A DNA stretch of 64,000 bases from Candidatus Babelota bacterium (lineage in GTDB: Bacteria > Babelota > Babeliae > Babelales > JACPOV01), in contig JAKJAQ010000001.1 in the NCBI GenBank assembly GCA_022707425.1, positions 69,089 to 133,088 of the forward strand, in the 5' to 3' direction. Positions 27,626 to 37,505 of the stretch are shown here, piece after piece (positions within the stretch are counted from its first letter, which is position 1; the number at the start of each line of letters is the position of its first letter). The position numbers were made by a program, and so were the translations under genes. The notes beneath the pieces are model-generated. The model was not told where the DNA came from. It saw nothing but the letters and a program-made list of their open reading frames with translations, and searched no databases.

Positions 27626-28527
27626 ATTGCGCAGTCATTGGTTTAGGGAGAATGGGAAGCGCGATAGTTTATCGTTTACTCAAAGCGGGACATGCAGTTG
27701 TTGGCTACGATCCGAGCGCACAAGCACGGCAAGAAGCTGCAACGGTTGGCGCAACGATTGTTTCAACGTTGGAAGAATGTGCTCATCACGCGCAAATTAT
27801 GTGGCTCATGGTGCCTGCAGGGCCGATTGTCGATCAGGTATTGCGTGAATTGTTACCACATTTAAATGCGGGAGCAGTTGTAATTGACGGAGGAAATAGC
27901 AAATTTAGTGATTCAATCCGTCGCTTTCAAGAATTAAAAAGCGTAGGAATTGAATTTTTAGATTGCGGCACATCTGGCGGTTTGCATGGAAAAGAAATAG
28001 GGTTTTCGTTAATGATTGGCGGCGATATACAAGCGTTTCAAAAAGTTGAGCCTATTTTTACCGCAATTGCAGCCCCTCAAGGATATGGACTTGTTGGGCC
28101 TTCAGGATGCGGGCATTATGTAAAAATGGTCCATAACGGCATTGAATATGCGCTTTTACAATCGTATGCAGAAGGGTTGCAACTACTAAACGAAGGTGAA
28201 TTTAAAGATCTTGATTTGGCCAAAATTACCAATATTTGGCAACACGGATCGATTATTCGCTCATGGATTTTAGAGCTTACCCATGAAATTCTCAAAAAAG
28301 ATCAAAAATTAGAAAAAATTTCAGGCACTATTGCCGAAAGTGGTACCGGTTCATGGACTGTTGAAGAAGCTCACAAACAGAAGGTACCGGTAAAACTGAT
28401 CGAAGATGCTCTTGAAATCCGGGCCTGGTCTCGAGAATCTGGGGGTAATTATGCAACCAAATTGGTAGCATTAATGAGAAACGCATTCGGGGGCCATGCA
28501 TTGGGAATGAAGAACCCACCAAAATAG
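27622..28527 (+). CDS. gnd: 6-phosphogluconate dehydrogenase, short (GndA/YqeC-like) form
   Basis: MNCAVIGLGRMGSAIVYRLLKAGH, and GHYVKMVHNGIEYA. The ATG at 27622 forms an ATGA overlap with the zwf stop, with a GAGGTGG SD. The ORF-track GTG at 27613 is less likely. Confidence 0.8.
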   Translation: MNCAVIGLGRMGSAIVYRLLKAGHAVVGYDPSAQARQEAATVGATIVSTLEECAHHAQIMWLMVPAGPIVDQVLRELLPHLNAGAVVIDGGNSKFSDSIRRFQELKSVGIEFLDCGTSGGLHGKEIGFSLMIGGDIQAFQKVEPIFTAIAAPQGYGLVGPSGCGHYVKMVHNGIEYALLQSYAEGLQLLNEGEFKDLDLAKITNIWQHGSIIRSWILELTHEILKKDQKLEKISGTIAESGTGSWTVEEAHKQKVPVKLIEDALEIRAWSRESGGNYATKLVALMRNAFGGHALGMKNPPK

Positions 28528-28612
28528 TACGTTTTGCGGTCAATTTTTTACAAATTGCGTTTATTTTGATATGCTTATAAAAAGTATATTTTTTATGCTT
28601 AAATTATAATAG

Positions 28613-29893
28613 ATGAGCAAATCGATGGAACCCAAAGTACAAGCATTACCGTTGTTGCCAGGTGTGTATTTGTTTAAAGACAAAGACAATGCCATAATTT
28701 ATGTTGGCAAGGCAAAAGCGCTGCGCAAAAGGGTTTCAAACTATTTTCAAAAACAACATATTGATTGGAAAGTAAAAGCGCTCATTGATGAACATGCAAC
28801 AATTGAGCATGTTGTAACGCATTCAGAGACCGAAGCATTGCTTTTGGAAGCACAACTGATAAGAGAACATCAACCCAAATTTAATGTGCTCCTCAAAACG
28901 GGCCAGCCATTTTTGTATATTCAGGTAACTAATGAAGAATTACCGCGTATGCTTTTAGTGCGTAATAAAAAAGGTAAAGGAACTCACTTTGGCCCCTTTT
29001 TGTTTAAACGTCCTGCGCGCGCTGGTTACGAATATTTAATGAAAACTTTTCGTCTTGAATTGTGCAATCAAAAAATTAAAGATGGTTGTTTAAAATATCA
29101 CATAGGTTTATGTGCTGGTTCATGTCGCGACGAATTTGATAAAGATAACTATATGTTGCGATTAGATTTAGCTATGAATGCATTGCGCGGCAACTACAAA
29201 GAATCGTTGTATCAATTAAGAAAATCAATTGCATTCTGTGCAGCGCGTTTTGAATTTGAAAAAGCGCAGCGACTTGTTACCTATTTACAAAACCTTGATA
29301 ATATTTTTGCAACATTGAAAGTGAAATTTTCTGAAAAAAAATACGAAAAAGAAGTTTCGCTTGCAACTGCTCCCGTAAAATTTTCACGCTCACCAAATAA
29401 AGATTTGGGATTTCAATTGCAGCATCTATTGCAACTACCACATGCGCCATCTTCAATTGATTGTTTTGATATTTCGCATTTTCAAAGCAGTGAAATTGTT
29501 GGTTCATGTGTTCGTTTTGTTGATGGTGTTCCGGATAAAAATAATTTTAGACGATTTGCGATAAAAACATTGCAACAGCAAAATGATTATGCTGCGCTTC
29601 AAGAAATTGTTGCGCGTCGTTACCGAAACATTGAAGACATGCCCGATTTAATTTTGATTGATGGTGGTAAAGGTCAACTCAGTTCAGTATCTGCATTATT
29701 TCCTGGAGTGCACATTGTAAGTTTGGCAAAGCGAGAAGAACGGTTGTTTAGTCAAAATTATCCGAACGGAATTGTGCTTGATCTACAAACAGAAGTTGGC
29801 AGACTATTAATAGCATTGCGAGATTATGCGCATCATTTTGCAATTTCATATCATCGCAAAAAAAGAGCAAAAAGATTGGAAGGTGCATTATGA
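28613..29893 (+). CDS. uvrC: Excinuclease ABC subunit C, short form lacking the C-terminal (HhH)2 domain
   Basis: GIY-YIG (GVYLFKDKDNAIIYVGKAKALRKRVSNYF), a UVR-like helix (FEFEKAQRLVTYLQNL), a 5'-endonuclease motif (CFDISHFQSSEIVGSCV) and RDYAHHFAISYHRKKR. It ends at 426 aa in an ATGA overlap with clpB. Confidence 0.8.
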   Translation: MSKSMEPKVQALPLLPGVYLFKDKDNAIIYVGKAKALRKRVSNYFQKQHIDWKVKALIDEHATIEHVVTHSETEALLLEAQLIREHQPKFNVLLKTGQPFLYIQVTNEELPRMLLVRNKKGKGTHFGPFLFKRPARAGYEYLMKTFRLELCNQKIKDGCLKYHIGLCAGSCRDEFDKDNYMLRLDLAMNALRGNYKESLYQLRKSIAFCAARFEFEKAQRLVTYLQNLDNIFATLKVKFSEKKYEKEVSLATAPVKFSRSPNKDLGFQLQHLLQLPHAPSSIDCFDISHFQSSEIVGSCVRFVDGVPDKNNFRRFAIKTLQQQNDYAALQEIVARRYRNIEDMPDLILIDGGKGQLSSVSALFPGVHIVSLAKREERLFSQNYPNGIVLDLQTEVGRLLIALRDYAHHFAISYHRKKRAKRLEGAL

Positions 29894-32451
29894 ATTTAGA
29901 ACAATTTACTCATGCTTCAAGTGAACTGTTACAACGAAGCGTCACGCTTGCACAATCGGAAAAAAATCCAACATTACTCCCGTTGCACACGGTGGCAGCA
30001 GGAATAGAAGATGAATTTTGCATTTCAGTTTTTAATGCGCTTGCCTTGCCACTCGATCAATTACGACTTATGGTTACCGAGCAATTAAGTAAATTGCCTC
30101 GTGTTGAAGGTGGAAAATTAAGCACCGATTATTCATTTGACACCTTTACACAAGAATTAAAAAAAGAAGCAGATTCGCTTGGAGATGCCTATATTAGCGT
30201 TGAACATTTTTTGCTGTGTTGGTCTAAAACGACTCAACTACCTCAACAATTACAACAATTTTTTAAACAACATGGATTTGCTTACGATCGCATTTTGACT
30301 CACATCAAAACACTGCGCAAAGGAAGAACTGTTCAAGAAAAAAATGCTGAAAAACAATATCAATTGCTGGAAAAATATTGCCAAAACATTACACAAATGG
30401 CAAAGCAAGGAAAACTTGATCCAGTTATTGGTAGGCACGAAGAAATTCGTCGTGTGATTCAAATTTTATCGCGACGAACCAAAAATAATCCAGTCTTAAT
30501 TGGTGAGCCTGGAGTAGGCAAAACTGCAATTGTTGAAGGTATCGCGCAACGTATTATTAATAATGATGTTCCCGAAGGATTGCGAAATAAACAAATTTAC
30601 GCGCTCGATTTAGGTTTGTTGATTGCCGGTGCAAAATATCAAGGTGAGTTTGAAGAACGTCTCAAAGGTATTTTGAAGCAAATCGAAGAAAGTGGTGATA
30701 ATATCATTTTATTCATTGATGAACTTCACATGCTTGTTGGCGCTGGCGCAACTGGCGGTGGTATGGATGCATCAAATTTACTCAAACCTGCACTTGCGCG
30801 CGGATTGTTGCATTGTATTGGCGCGACCACTATTAAAGAATATAAAAAATATATAGAAAAAGATGCAGCACTTGAACGTCGTTTTCAAAAAGTGCTTGTT
30901 GAAGAACCTTCAGTAGAAGATGCAATCTCAATTTTACGCGGTCTGAAAGAACGATACGAATTGCATCATGGAATTCATATCAAAGACCAAGCGCTCGTCG
31001 ATGCTGTCGTTCTTGCAGATAAAAATATTCCTGATCGTTTTTTACCCGATAAAGCAATCGATTTGATCGACGAAGCTGCGGCAATGGTGCGCATGTCGAT
31101 TGACTCGTATCCACCAGAAATTGATCAATTGGAGCGTAAAATTCGTCAGCTTGAGATTGAAAAAGTTGCATTACAAAAAGAAAAAGAAGATCATGCACAA
31201 AAACGGTTAGCCATTCTGCAAAAAGAACTTGCTGATTATAAAGAAAAGCGTCAAGCACTTGAAAGTCAGTGGCAAGCAGAAAAAAAACCGCTTGAAGCAA
31301 TCAGTAAAGTGAAAGAAAAAATTGAGCAAGCTAATTATGAATTTGCCCAAGCTGAGCGCGAAGGTGATTATGCAAAAGCATCTGAAATTAAATACGGAAA
31401 AATTTCGAAATTAGAAAAAGAATTAGTTGCTGAACAAGAAAAACTTAAAAAACTTAAAACGCATTTAATCAAAGAAGACGTTGATGAGCGTGATGTAGCT
31501 GCAGTTATGTCTCGTTGGACAGGAATTCCTGTTGAAAAACTACAAACAACCGAAACACAAAAACTGTTACGCATGGAAGATACGCTCAAAATGCATGTTA
31601 TTGGTCAAGATGAAGCAATTTCAGCAGTTGCGCACGCCATTCAGGTTCATCGTGCAGGACTTACCGATCCGCGCAAACCAATTGGTTCATTTTTGTTTTT
31701 AGGGCCAACTGGTGTTGGTAAAACTGAAGTTGCAAAAACGTTAGCTGATTTTCTTTTTAATAATCCAAACAGATTAATCAGAATTGATATGTCTGAATAT
31801 ATGGAAAAACATGCAGTTGCGCGTTTAATTGGAGCGCCACCAGGATATGTTGGATTTGAAGAAGGTGGACAATTAACTGAACAAGTGCGCCAGCATCCGT
31901 ACAGTGTTGTGTTGTTTGATGAAATTGAAAAAGCGCATCCCGATGTGTTTAATATTTTTCTACAAATTTTAGATGAAGGGCATTTGACCGATAGTCAAGG
32001 AAGAACCGTTTCATTTAAAAATTGTATCATTATCATGACATCAAATATTGGTGCCGATTTAATCTTGCAAGCAAAAGATTTGACACCACAGGTAAAAGAA
32101 TCGATCGAGCAATTATTGCACAAAACATTCAGACCTGAATTTCTCAATCGTATTGATTCCGTTGTATTCTTTAAAATGTTAACACAAGAAGATGTCCAGA
32201 AAATTGCACTGTTGCAACTTAATGACATTGAAAAACGGTTAGCAGAAAAAAATATTACCGTCACTATTGATGATGATGTTGTCAAAGAAATTGCCCAACG
32301 CGGTTATGTGAAAGAATTTGGTGCACGACCATTAAAGCGTGCAATTCAACAATACATCACAGTTCCATTATCCCAATATATGTTGAAACATCCAGATGTA
32401 CAAAAAGTTAAAATTACAATGAAGAATAACGAAATCATGATCGGAAGATAG
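29890..32451 (+). CDS. clpB: Disaggregase chaperone ClpB
   Basis: Two AAA+ modules ([13 protein letters not shown] and GPTGVGKTE) are separated by a long coiled-coil M-domain. An N-domain is present. Confidence 0.95.
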   Translation: MNLEQFTHASSELLQRSVTLAQSEKNPTLLPLHTVAAGIEDEFCISVFNALALPLDQLRLMVTEQLSKLPRVEGGKLSTDYSFDTFTQELKKEADSLGDAYISVEHFLLCWSKTTQLPQQLQQFFKQHGFAYDRILTHIKTLRKGRTVQEKNAEKQYQLLEKYCQNITQMAKQGKLDPVIGRHEEIRRVIQILSRRTKNNPVLIGEPGVGKTAIVEGIAQRIINNDVPEGLRNKQIYALDLGLLIAGAKYQGEFEERLKGILKQIEESGDNIILFIDELHMLVGAGATGGGMDASNLLKPALARGLLHCIGATTIKEYKKYIEKDAALERRFQKVLVEEPSVEDAISILRGLKERYELHHGIHIKDQALVDAVVLADKNIPDRFLPDKAIDLIDEAAAMVRMSIDSYPPEIDQLERKIRQLEIEKVALQKEKEDHAQKRLAILQKELADYKEKRQALESQWQAEKKPLEAISKVKEKIEQANYEFAQAEREGDYAKASEIKYGKISKLEKELVAEQEKLKKLKTHLIKEDVDERDVAAVMSRWTGIPVEKLQTTETQKLLRMEDTLKMHVIGQDEAISAVAHAIQVHRAGLTDPRKPIGSFLFLGPTGVGKTEVAKTLADFLFNNPNRLIRIDMSEYMEKHAVARLIGAPPGYVGFEEGGQLTEQVRQHPYSVVLFDEIEKAHPDVFNIFLQILDEGHLTDSQGRTVSFKNCIIIMTSNIGADLILQAKDLTPQVKESIEQLLHKTFRPEFLNRIDSVVFFKMLTQEDVQKIALLQLNDIEKRLAEKNITVTIDDDVVKEIAQRGYVKEFGARPLKRAIQQYITVPLSQYMLKHPDVQKVKITMKNNEIMIGR

Positions 32452-32563
32452 AATTTTCTGCTTGTTGAATCGATTTGTAATTTTTATTTTAATTTCTTTC
32501 AAAAAAATTAAACTTATCTTCTGCGTATTTTTATTACCTTTTTTCTAATGGAAGTATCCGAAG

Positions 32564-33949
32564 ATGGTCTGGCCGATAAATAGTGTACTCGTTTTGTTTT
32601 TGGTTTCATCAACTATATTGCGATCAATGGAGCAATCTGAACATTGTACCATTCCTGAGTTTAAGAAGGATGTAATACTTAATCTTAATAATCAACCGAT
32701 TAAGCTTGTACAATTTCAGGGCAACAATCTTTTGAGGTTAATGTTTCGTGAAAATGATTATCATTGTACTTTTTTTATTCATCGTGATCGCGAAAATAAA
32801 CTTTATTTGAATCCAATTATTCCCGAAAATGAATCGCTTGAGCAAATGAATCTGGATTATAGTTTACTTGATGCGATTGAAAGAGGTGATATTGATACCT
32901 GTCGCCAGCTAAAAAATGAAGCAAATTTTTCTGTTTTAGATGCGCGCCTTAAGTTTATATCTCCATTCAATATCATACGGCGAAGCGATCAAAAAATTTG
33001 TTCCTCTGAAGATATTGTGGCTGGTGAAGCATTTACGTTACAGATCAGTCAAAAACCAGCAGTTTATTGTTGGCCTTATGCAGATTCTTCTAATTTTTCT
33101 ATTATTCAGCAGTTAGAGCGTAATTATAATTATCATATTTTGAGAGAACTTATGTGTGATGAGAAGTTATATACATTTGAAATGAATCAAACGAAGTTGC
33201 TTGAAATCACTGGTTTCTTGAAAGTAGTACAAGCTGAGGAAAAAGAGTTGCCGTTTATGCAGGCGCTCATTCGTCTTTTAACCGATGAAAAAAGTTTAGA
33301 TCAATTATGCATTTGTCGCCTTGGCAAACTCTATGCAAAAATTATTGCACAGCAAGACTCGAAAGGTAAGCAGCTTATTTCTCAAATCCATGATTGGAAA
33401 AAATATCAAATTTTAAGAGGCCATATATTGCACTCGCTCAGTGAAATGGTCCGTATGCAACCTTACCAAGAAGCTCAATTAATTCCATCTAACTTCGTTG
33501 AATTATCAAAGCGCATTATGCAAGATGAGCTATTTTTAGAGTCGGTCAAAAGCAAAGAATTTTTTTCAAATGTGCTTTCATATAGCAAACTGTATGGTGT
33601 AGATGGGCAACATAAAGAATGGAGTGCGATATATTATCACATGCTTGCGCTTCTGTTAAAAAATGAAGAGGGTAAAATTTTTTTAAAAGAACTGTGCAAT
33701 AACAAAAATAATGAAAATCTTTTTAGTTCAACGATAAAACCGTTTATGCAAAACGCATTGTTTCGCAAGTTCGTAGTTCGGCAGCTTGTGTGCGCAAACC
33801 CACCGTTGAATGAACATGTTGCGCCACTTGTTTCTGAGCACTGGCAACCGGATGAAAAATTTATAAATTATTTTAAAGCATTAAAAATAAGCAAACGGAT
33901 GGCAAATAAGATTATTGAAATTGAAACAAAGAAGTTTAAAAAGCAATAA
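32564..33949 (+). CDS. Exported orphan protein (leader-ME class)
   Basis: Leader MVWPINSVLVLFLVSSTILRS followed by MEQ. The 461-aa ORF has no recognisable motif and lies directly upstream of the RING protein. Confidence 0.55.
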   Translation: MVWPINSVLVLFLVSSTILRSMEQSEHCTIPEFKKDVILNLNNQPIKLVQFQGNNLLRLMFRENDYHCTFFIHRDRENKLYLNPIIPENESLEQMNLDYSLLDAIERGDIDTCRQLKNEANFSVLDARLKFISPFNIIRRSDQKICSSEDIVAGEAFTLQISQKPAVYCWPYADSSNFSIIQQLERNYNYHILRELMCDEKLYTFEMNQTKLLEITGFLKVVQAEEKELPFMQALIRLLTDEKSLDQLCICRLGKLYAKIIAQQDSKGKQLISQIHDWKKYQILRGHILHSLSEMVRMQPYQEAQLIPSNFVELSKRIMQDELFLESVKSKEFFSNVLSYSKLYGVDGQHKEWSAIYYHMLALLLKNEEGKIFLKELCNNKNNENLFSSTIKPFMQNALFRKFVVRQLVCANPPLNEHVAPLVSEHWQPDEKFINYFKALKISKRMANKIIEIETKKFKKQ

Positions 33950-34006
33950 TATAAGTGCGAAAAATGATATATTTTAGTTATGTATAACTTTAATAAGGAG
34001 TTTTTT

Positions 34007-35017
34007 GTGAACAATAGATTGCCTATTTTTAGATTGATGTGTTTGCTGCTTTGTGCCAGCACGGTTGTTTTTGCAGATAATAATTCATGGGAATCATTTT
34101 GGGAAATGTTTTGGGGCCCAAAAATTAATTATTCGGCAGTTCAATTTGATGTGCAGGATGAATTAGATCGCTTATTTTTTAATAAATTAGAATTTATATC
34201 GCCCGAAATGCAAAACGTACGTTTTCAAATGAGTAAAAATATTGTTGAATTAATTAAATCATCTAATCTTGATTCCCAAGTGCAAGCAAAAGAACAGGCG
34301 GTTGCAGCGGTAAAGCCGGCGATAAAGCAATTTGTTGTTGATCTTGGAACGAAAAAAATTGTACAAGAAATTGGTTCATATTATCATGGCCGACCTCCGT
34401 ACAATCCTGAACAATTTGAACAGCGAATAAAACAGGAATTGGCACAACAAATTGATGATGCATTTCGTAAAAATAAAAATGTTACACAGCTGTTGAGCAT
34501 GAGTAAGCTTAAGGAAATTATTGAACAATACGATAATCAATATGCTCTTCAAGCTGGCGGTGTTTATCACAAATTAGATAAAGAATTGCCACAACTCTAT
34601 GCGGGTCAAACAGTTGCAGGAGAGGATGTGCCAGCGGGAGCACCGGTGGATAATGTACATGAACTTTATCCACAATTTAATGATAAAACCGCTGAAGGAC
34701 TGGAGCGTAATAAGAAATTTTATGGTCCATTTTTTGAAAAAGTAAAACAATTCCGCGCAGAAGAATGTCCAATTTGCAGCGAAAATTTTGATGCGCATTG
34801 TGCACGCGTAAATTTATATTGCGGACATTCATTATGTGCAACATGTTTAGCAGGACATGTGCATATTAATGATAAAAATCAATGTCCAACATGCAGACAA
34901 GAAGTGCGCGCATCAGAATTTCCGGTAAATTATTTACGCGATTTCATCAACCGGGAAGATCTCAAACAACAATTTCCCAGGATGCATGATAAAATACGCA
35001 GATTATTTAGGTTTTAA
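34007..35017 (+). CDS. Exported protein with a C-terminal eukaryote-type C3HC4 RING finger (putative E3 ubiquitin-ligase mimic)
   Basis: CPICSENFDAHCARVNLYCGHSLCATCLAGHVHINDKNQCPTCRQ gives C-x2-C-x14-C-x-H-x2-C-x2-C-x12-C-x2-C (nt 34766-34894). Hydrophobic leader. The GTG at 34007 lies 6 nt after AAGGAG; the ORF-track ATG at 33980 is the alternative. Confidence 0.75.
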   Translation: MNNRLPIFRLMCLLLCASTVVFADNNSWESFWEMFWGPKINYSAVQFDVQDELDRLFFNKLEFISPEMQNVRFQMSKNIVELIKSSNLDSQVQAKEQAVAAVKPAIKQFVVDLGTKKIVQEIGSYYHGRPPYNPEQFEQRIKQELAQQIDDAFRKNKNVTQLLSMSKLKEIIEQYDNQYALQAGGVYHKLDKELPQLYAGQTVAGEDVPAGAPVDNVHELYPQFNDKTAEGLERNKKFYGPFFEKVKQFRAEECPICSENFDAHCARVNLYCGHSLCATCLAGHVHINDKNQCPTCRQEVRASEFPVNYLRDFINREDLKQQFPRMHDKIRRLFRF

Positions 35018-35030
35018 TCAACTAATCAAT

Positions 35031-35070
35031 AATACCGCTTCTTTCATGCTTGAGGAGCGGTATTTTCTTG
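35031..35070 (+). terminator. Probable intrinsic terminator after the RING gene
   Basis: AATACCGCT (35031-35039) pairs with AGCGGTATT (35056-35064) and is followed by TTCTTG. The loop is long (16 nt). Confidence 0.45.
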
Positions 35071-35149
35071 AAAAATTGGCTTTTTTGCCGATTAATCCCT
35101 TGTTTTTATAGAGGTAAAACTGCTAACGTAAAAACAAAGAGGAGAAGGC

Positions 35150-35374
35150 ATGAAATTCATTAAAAGATGGATGAACCCGGACGAAAACCCAAAAAAAATC
35201 GAACATAATATGAGCATTAAGCAGCATGTTTCAACACGTATTTCTCACATTCGTCGCAAAATGAGCCGAGGGGCTTCAGATATTTATCGTATGATGAAAG
35301 TTCACGCCAAATGGGGAAACAAACAACTCTGGGGCTTCCGAGAAAAAGGCCGCAATCGCCACAAGCCAGAATAA
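35150..35374 (+). CDS. Small, highly basic hypothetical protein (74 aa)
   Basis: Strong SD AGAGGAGAAGG before the ATG. Lys/Arg/His-rich sequence with no recognisable family. Confidence 0.45.
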   Translation: MKFIKRWMNPDENPKKIEHNMSIKQHVSTRISHIRRKMSRGASDIYRMMKVHAKWGNKQLWGFREKGRNRHKPE

Positions 35375-35407
35375 TTTATTAAAAAGAATTCCTTAAAAAG
35401 TTATAAA

Positions 35408-36475
35408 TTATTGAGGCATACTATAGTTGATGTGTTCAAGATCTTCAATCCAGGCGGTTACTAAAGCTATTTCTGCTGGTTTAAAATATTGCTTAATTAT
35501 TAATTCGTTCATGAGTTCTTCCATCCGTTCAACAAATACCTTTTTTTCGCATTTCCAATTACGCAATGTGTTAATGAGTTGCTCAGATTTTAAATATACA
35601 TCAATTTCGTCCGCAAAATCGGTGAGTAAATTGTGTTCATTGCGATATTGAACTGCTGTTGGTGCAAGAAAACAGACCGATCCGTCAAAATCCCAGAGGA
35701 GCCGCTGCATCCAATAACTTCTCCAAATGTCACAGACGCGAAAACTTGGAGTAACTGGCAAAAGTAATGCCCAGAATGCGTTGTAATAAAAAATAGTATT
35801 TTGTGAATTAAATGGGCAGAGAACGCCGCGTTGTAAACTAAGCGGCTTCTTATTCGAATCAAAATTAATTTCTTGACTGTGTGTCAAACGATAAATTGCA
35901 TCAACATCAGGATCATTATTCACGACACCTTGCTGAATAGGACAATGAACGTGCCGTTCAACTGTTTGATACTGTTGGTTATGTATAATTTTTTTAAGTG
36001 GATACCCGCGTGGCCATACGTTTGGTTGTCCAAAATGTTCATAAGGATTAACCGTTGATTGATCAGTGATGTATTGAATTGTGGTTGCATGTTCAGGTAG
36101 ATAGCCAATTTCATTATCTATTAAATAATTGTCGTCATCGGTTTCATAAATGATTCGTGCTCCGTGTTCAATTGCATAAAGATAGCCAATATTTTTTCGC
36201 GAATAATGATTCCATGGTAGAAACTGAATAATTTTGTAGGGCAACTGTTGTTGTTTTTCTACGCTCAAAAATTCACAATTATCTAAATGCCAATCGCATG
36301 GCGTTTTTTTATCAGCCACTACTACCAAATGCCAATCGGGAAGTTGCGCAAGCTGCTTAAGTGCCGCAGTTGGATAATTAATGGTAGTAACAACAATCCA
36401 TTTATCAGTCGCATTAATTTTGATGCATGAAATAAATAAAAAAAAGTATGCAATGCGTTGCAAAATTGTGCTCAT
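35408..36475 (-). CDS. STELLO/DUF288-like glycosyltransferase (eukaryote-type), signal-anchored
   Basis: WIVVTTINYPT...WHLVVVADKKTPCDW, RKNIGYLYAIEHGARIIYETDDDNY, VNPYEHFGQPNVWPRGYPL and QQGVVNNDPDVDAIYRLT. These match, from memory, the plant and Dictyostelium STELLO family. The start overlaps the stop of the upstream gene by 1 nt. Confidence 0.65.
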   Translation of the reverse strand: MSTILQRIAYFFLFISCIKINATDKWIVVTTINYPTAALKQLAQLPDWHLVVVADKKTPCDWHLDNCEFLSVEKQQQLPYKIIQFLPWNHYSRKNIGYLYAIEHGARIIYETDDDNYLIDNEIGYLPEHATTIQYITDQSTVNPYEHFGQPNVWPRGYPLKKIIHNQQYQTVERHVHCPIQQGVVNNDPDVDAIYRLTHSQEINFDSNKKPLSLQRGVLCPFNSQNTIFYYNAFWALLLPVTPSFRVCDIWRSYWMQRLLWDFDGSVCFLAPTAVQYRNEHNLLTDFADEIDVYLKSEQLINTLRNWKCEKKVFVERMEELMNELIIKQYFKPAEIALVTAWIEDLEHINYSMPQ

Positions 36476-37311
36476 TATTTATCCTTTTTTTGGCTTAAAA
36501 ATATTTCTCGAATAACGTGTTGATTTTCCAAGCTTGAAAGTTTGATGGGATGATGAAAATAATTTTTCATTTTAAAAGTTTTGCATGGGTTATTTCTTTC
36601 CGTGCCTTCACCTTTAAGCCAGAGCCATTGAGTTTTTGGTTCTAGACATGCAGCAATGGTTGGAACAGCGATTTCTAAAAAAAGTTCATGTGAATGAAAT
36701 AAAACAGCAAGCTCAATAAACTGAGTTCGTAAACGTGCAGGAATATAAATAAGATCTGAATAGGCAGCAACGACATTTCCTTCGCCCCAATTTTGGGCAA
36801 GTTGATTTTTATAAGATTGGGGTAAATTATTGAAAGCGTTCAATGCTGCAGGGTAACCCCATTTTGTTAACCAAATGCTCCATGAAGAATAGGCCTTAAA
36901 ACCAGAGTTTAATTGAATCGGGGTGCCACGGGTTGAGGTGAATGAATGAATATCTGAATACCAAATTCTGTTGGTATCGAGCGGTTCTAAGAGCCATGCA
37001 TTAAGTATGCAATCATCCATTAAAAAAAAGTAACCATTTTTTTCAGGATTTTTTTCCATTGCGTCGGCAATGGTTATGTAACTCAAAAATCCTTCATGGT
37101 GTTTGCAGCAAGTAACATCGAGGTGTTCTTCGGGACCATAAAAAACAATATCGCTAAAATAGGGCGCATAGAGTTCTTTAAGAAACGGAATAGAATCATA
37201 ATACGCATGATTATAGTTTATGATTAATAATGTATTTTCAAATTGTGCCGCGTTAATGAAAGCGCCGAGAAGCGAAATAAAAAAAAATGCACATGCTTTG
37301 ACATAGTTCAT
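36475..37311 (-). CDS. Signal-anchored orphan protein, family A copy 1 (paralog of 38827-39684); possibly a glycan-related enzyme
   Basis: LLIINYNHAYYDSIPFLKELYAPYF..VFYGPEEH...ADAMEKNPEKNGYFFLMDDCILNAWLL aligns along its whole length with 38827-39684. Translationally coupled to the STELLO-like gene. Confidence 0.6.
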   Translation of the reverse strand: MNYVKACAFFFISLLGAFINAAQFENTLLIINYNHAYYDSIPFLKELYAPYFSDIVFYGPEEHLDVTCCKHHEGFLSYITIADAMEKNPEKNGYFFLMDDCILNAWLLEPLDTNRIWYSDIHSFTSTRGTPIQLNSGFKAYSSWSIWLTKWGYPAALNAFNNLPQSYKNQLAQNWGEGNVVAAYSDLIYIPARLRTQFIELAVLFHSHELFLEIAVPTIAACLEPKTQWLWLKGEGTERNNPCKTFKMKNYFHHPIKLSSLENQHVIREIFLSQKKDK

Positions 37312-37448
37312 TATACTCTTACCTTTTTTTTAACAGTTAAAAACAGCTGAAATTGAGCCTATCAAAAAAAATAAAAAAACCAAAAAACAGATAAAACTGA
37401 GCTGAATGGATAGTGCATGGTAAAAAATGACCAATAATTTATTTCAAA

Positions 37449-37476
37449 TTGACAAAATAGTAATAATTGATATAAT
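37449..37476 (+). promoter_or_regulatory. Sigma70-type promoter for 37506-38768
   Basis: TTGACA (37449-37454), a 16-nt spacer, then TATAAT (37471-37476), about 30 nt before the ATG at 37506. Confidence 0.5.
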
Positions 37477-37505
37477 GAATATAAGGTTAAAATATGGAGT
37501 AAGCA

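Noticed and set aside
34666-34674. Isolated perfect DnaA-box 9-mers inside coding regions (TTATCCACA at 34666-34674 and TGTGGATAA at 39419-39427)
   Set aside because: They are single copies embedded in well-supported CDSs. In AT-rich DNA this frequency is compatible with chance, and there is no clustering or AT-rich unwinding context.
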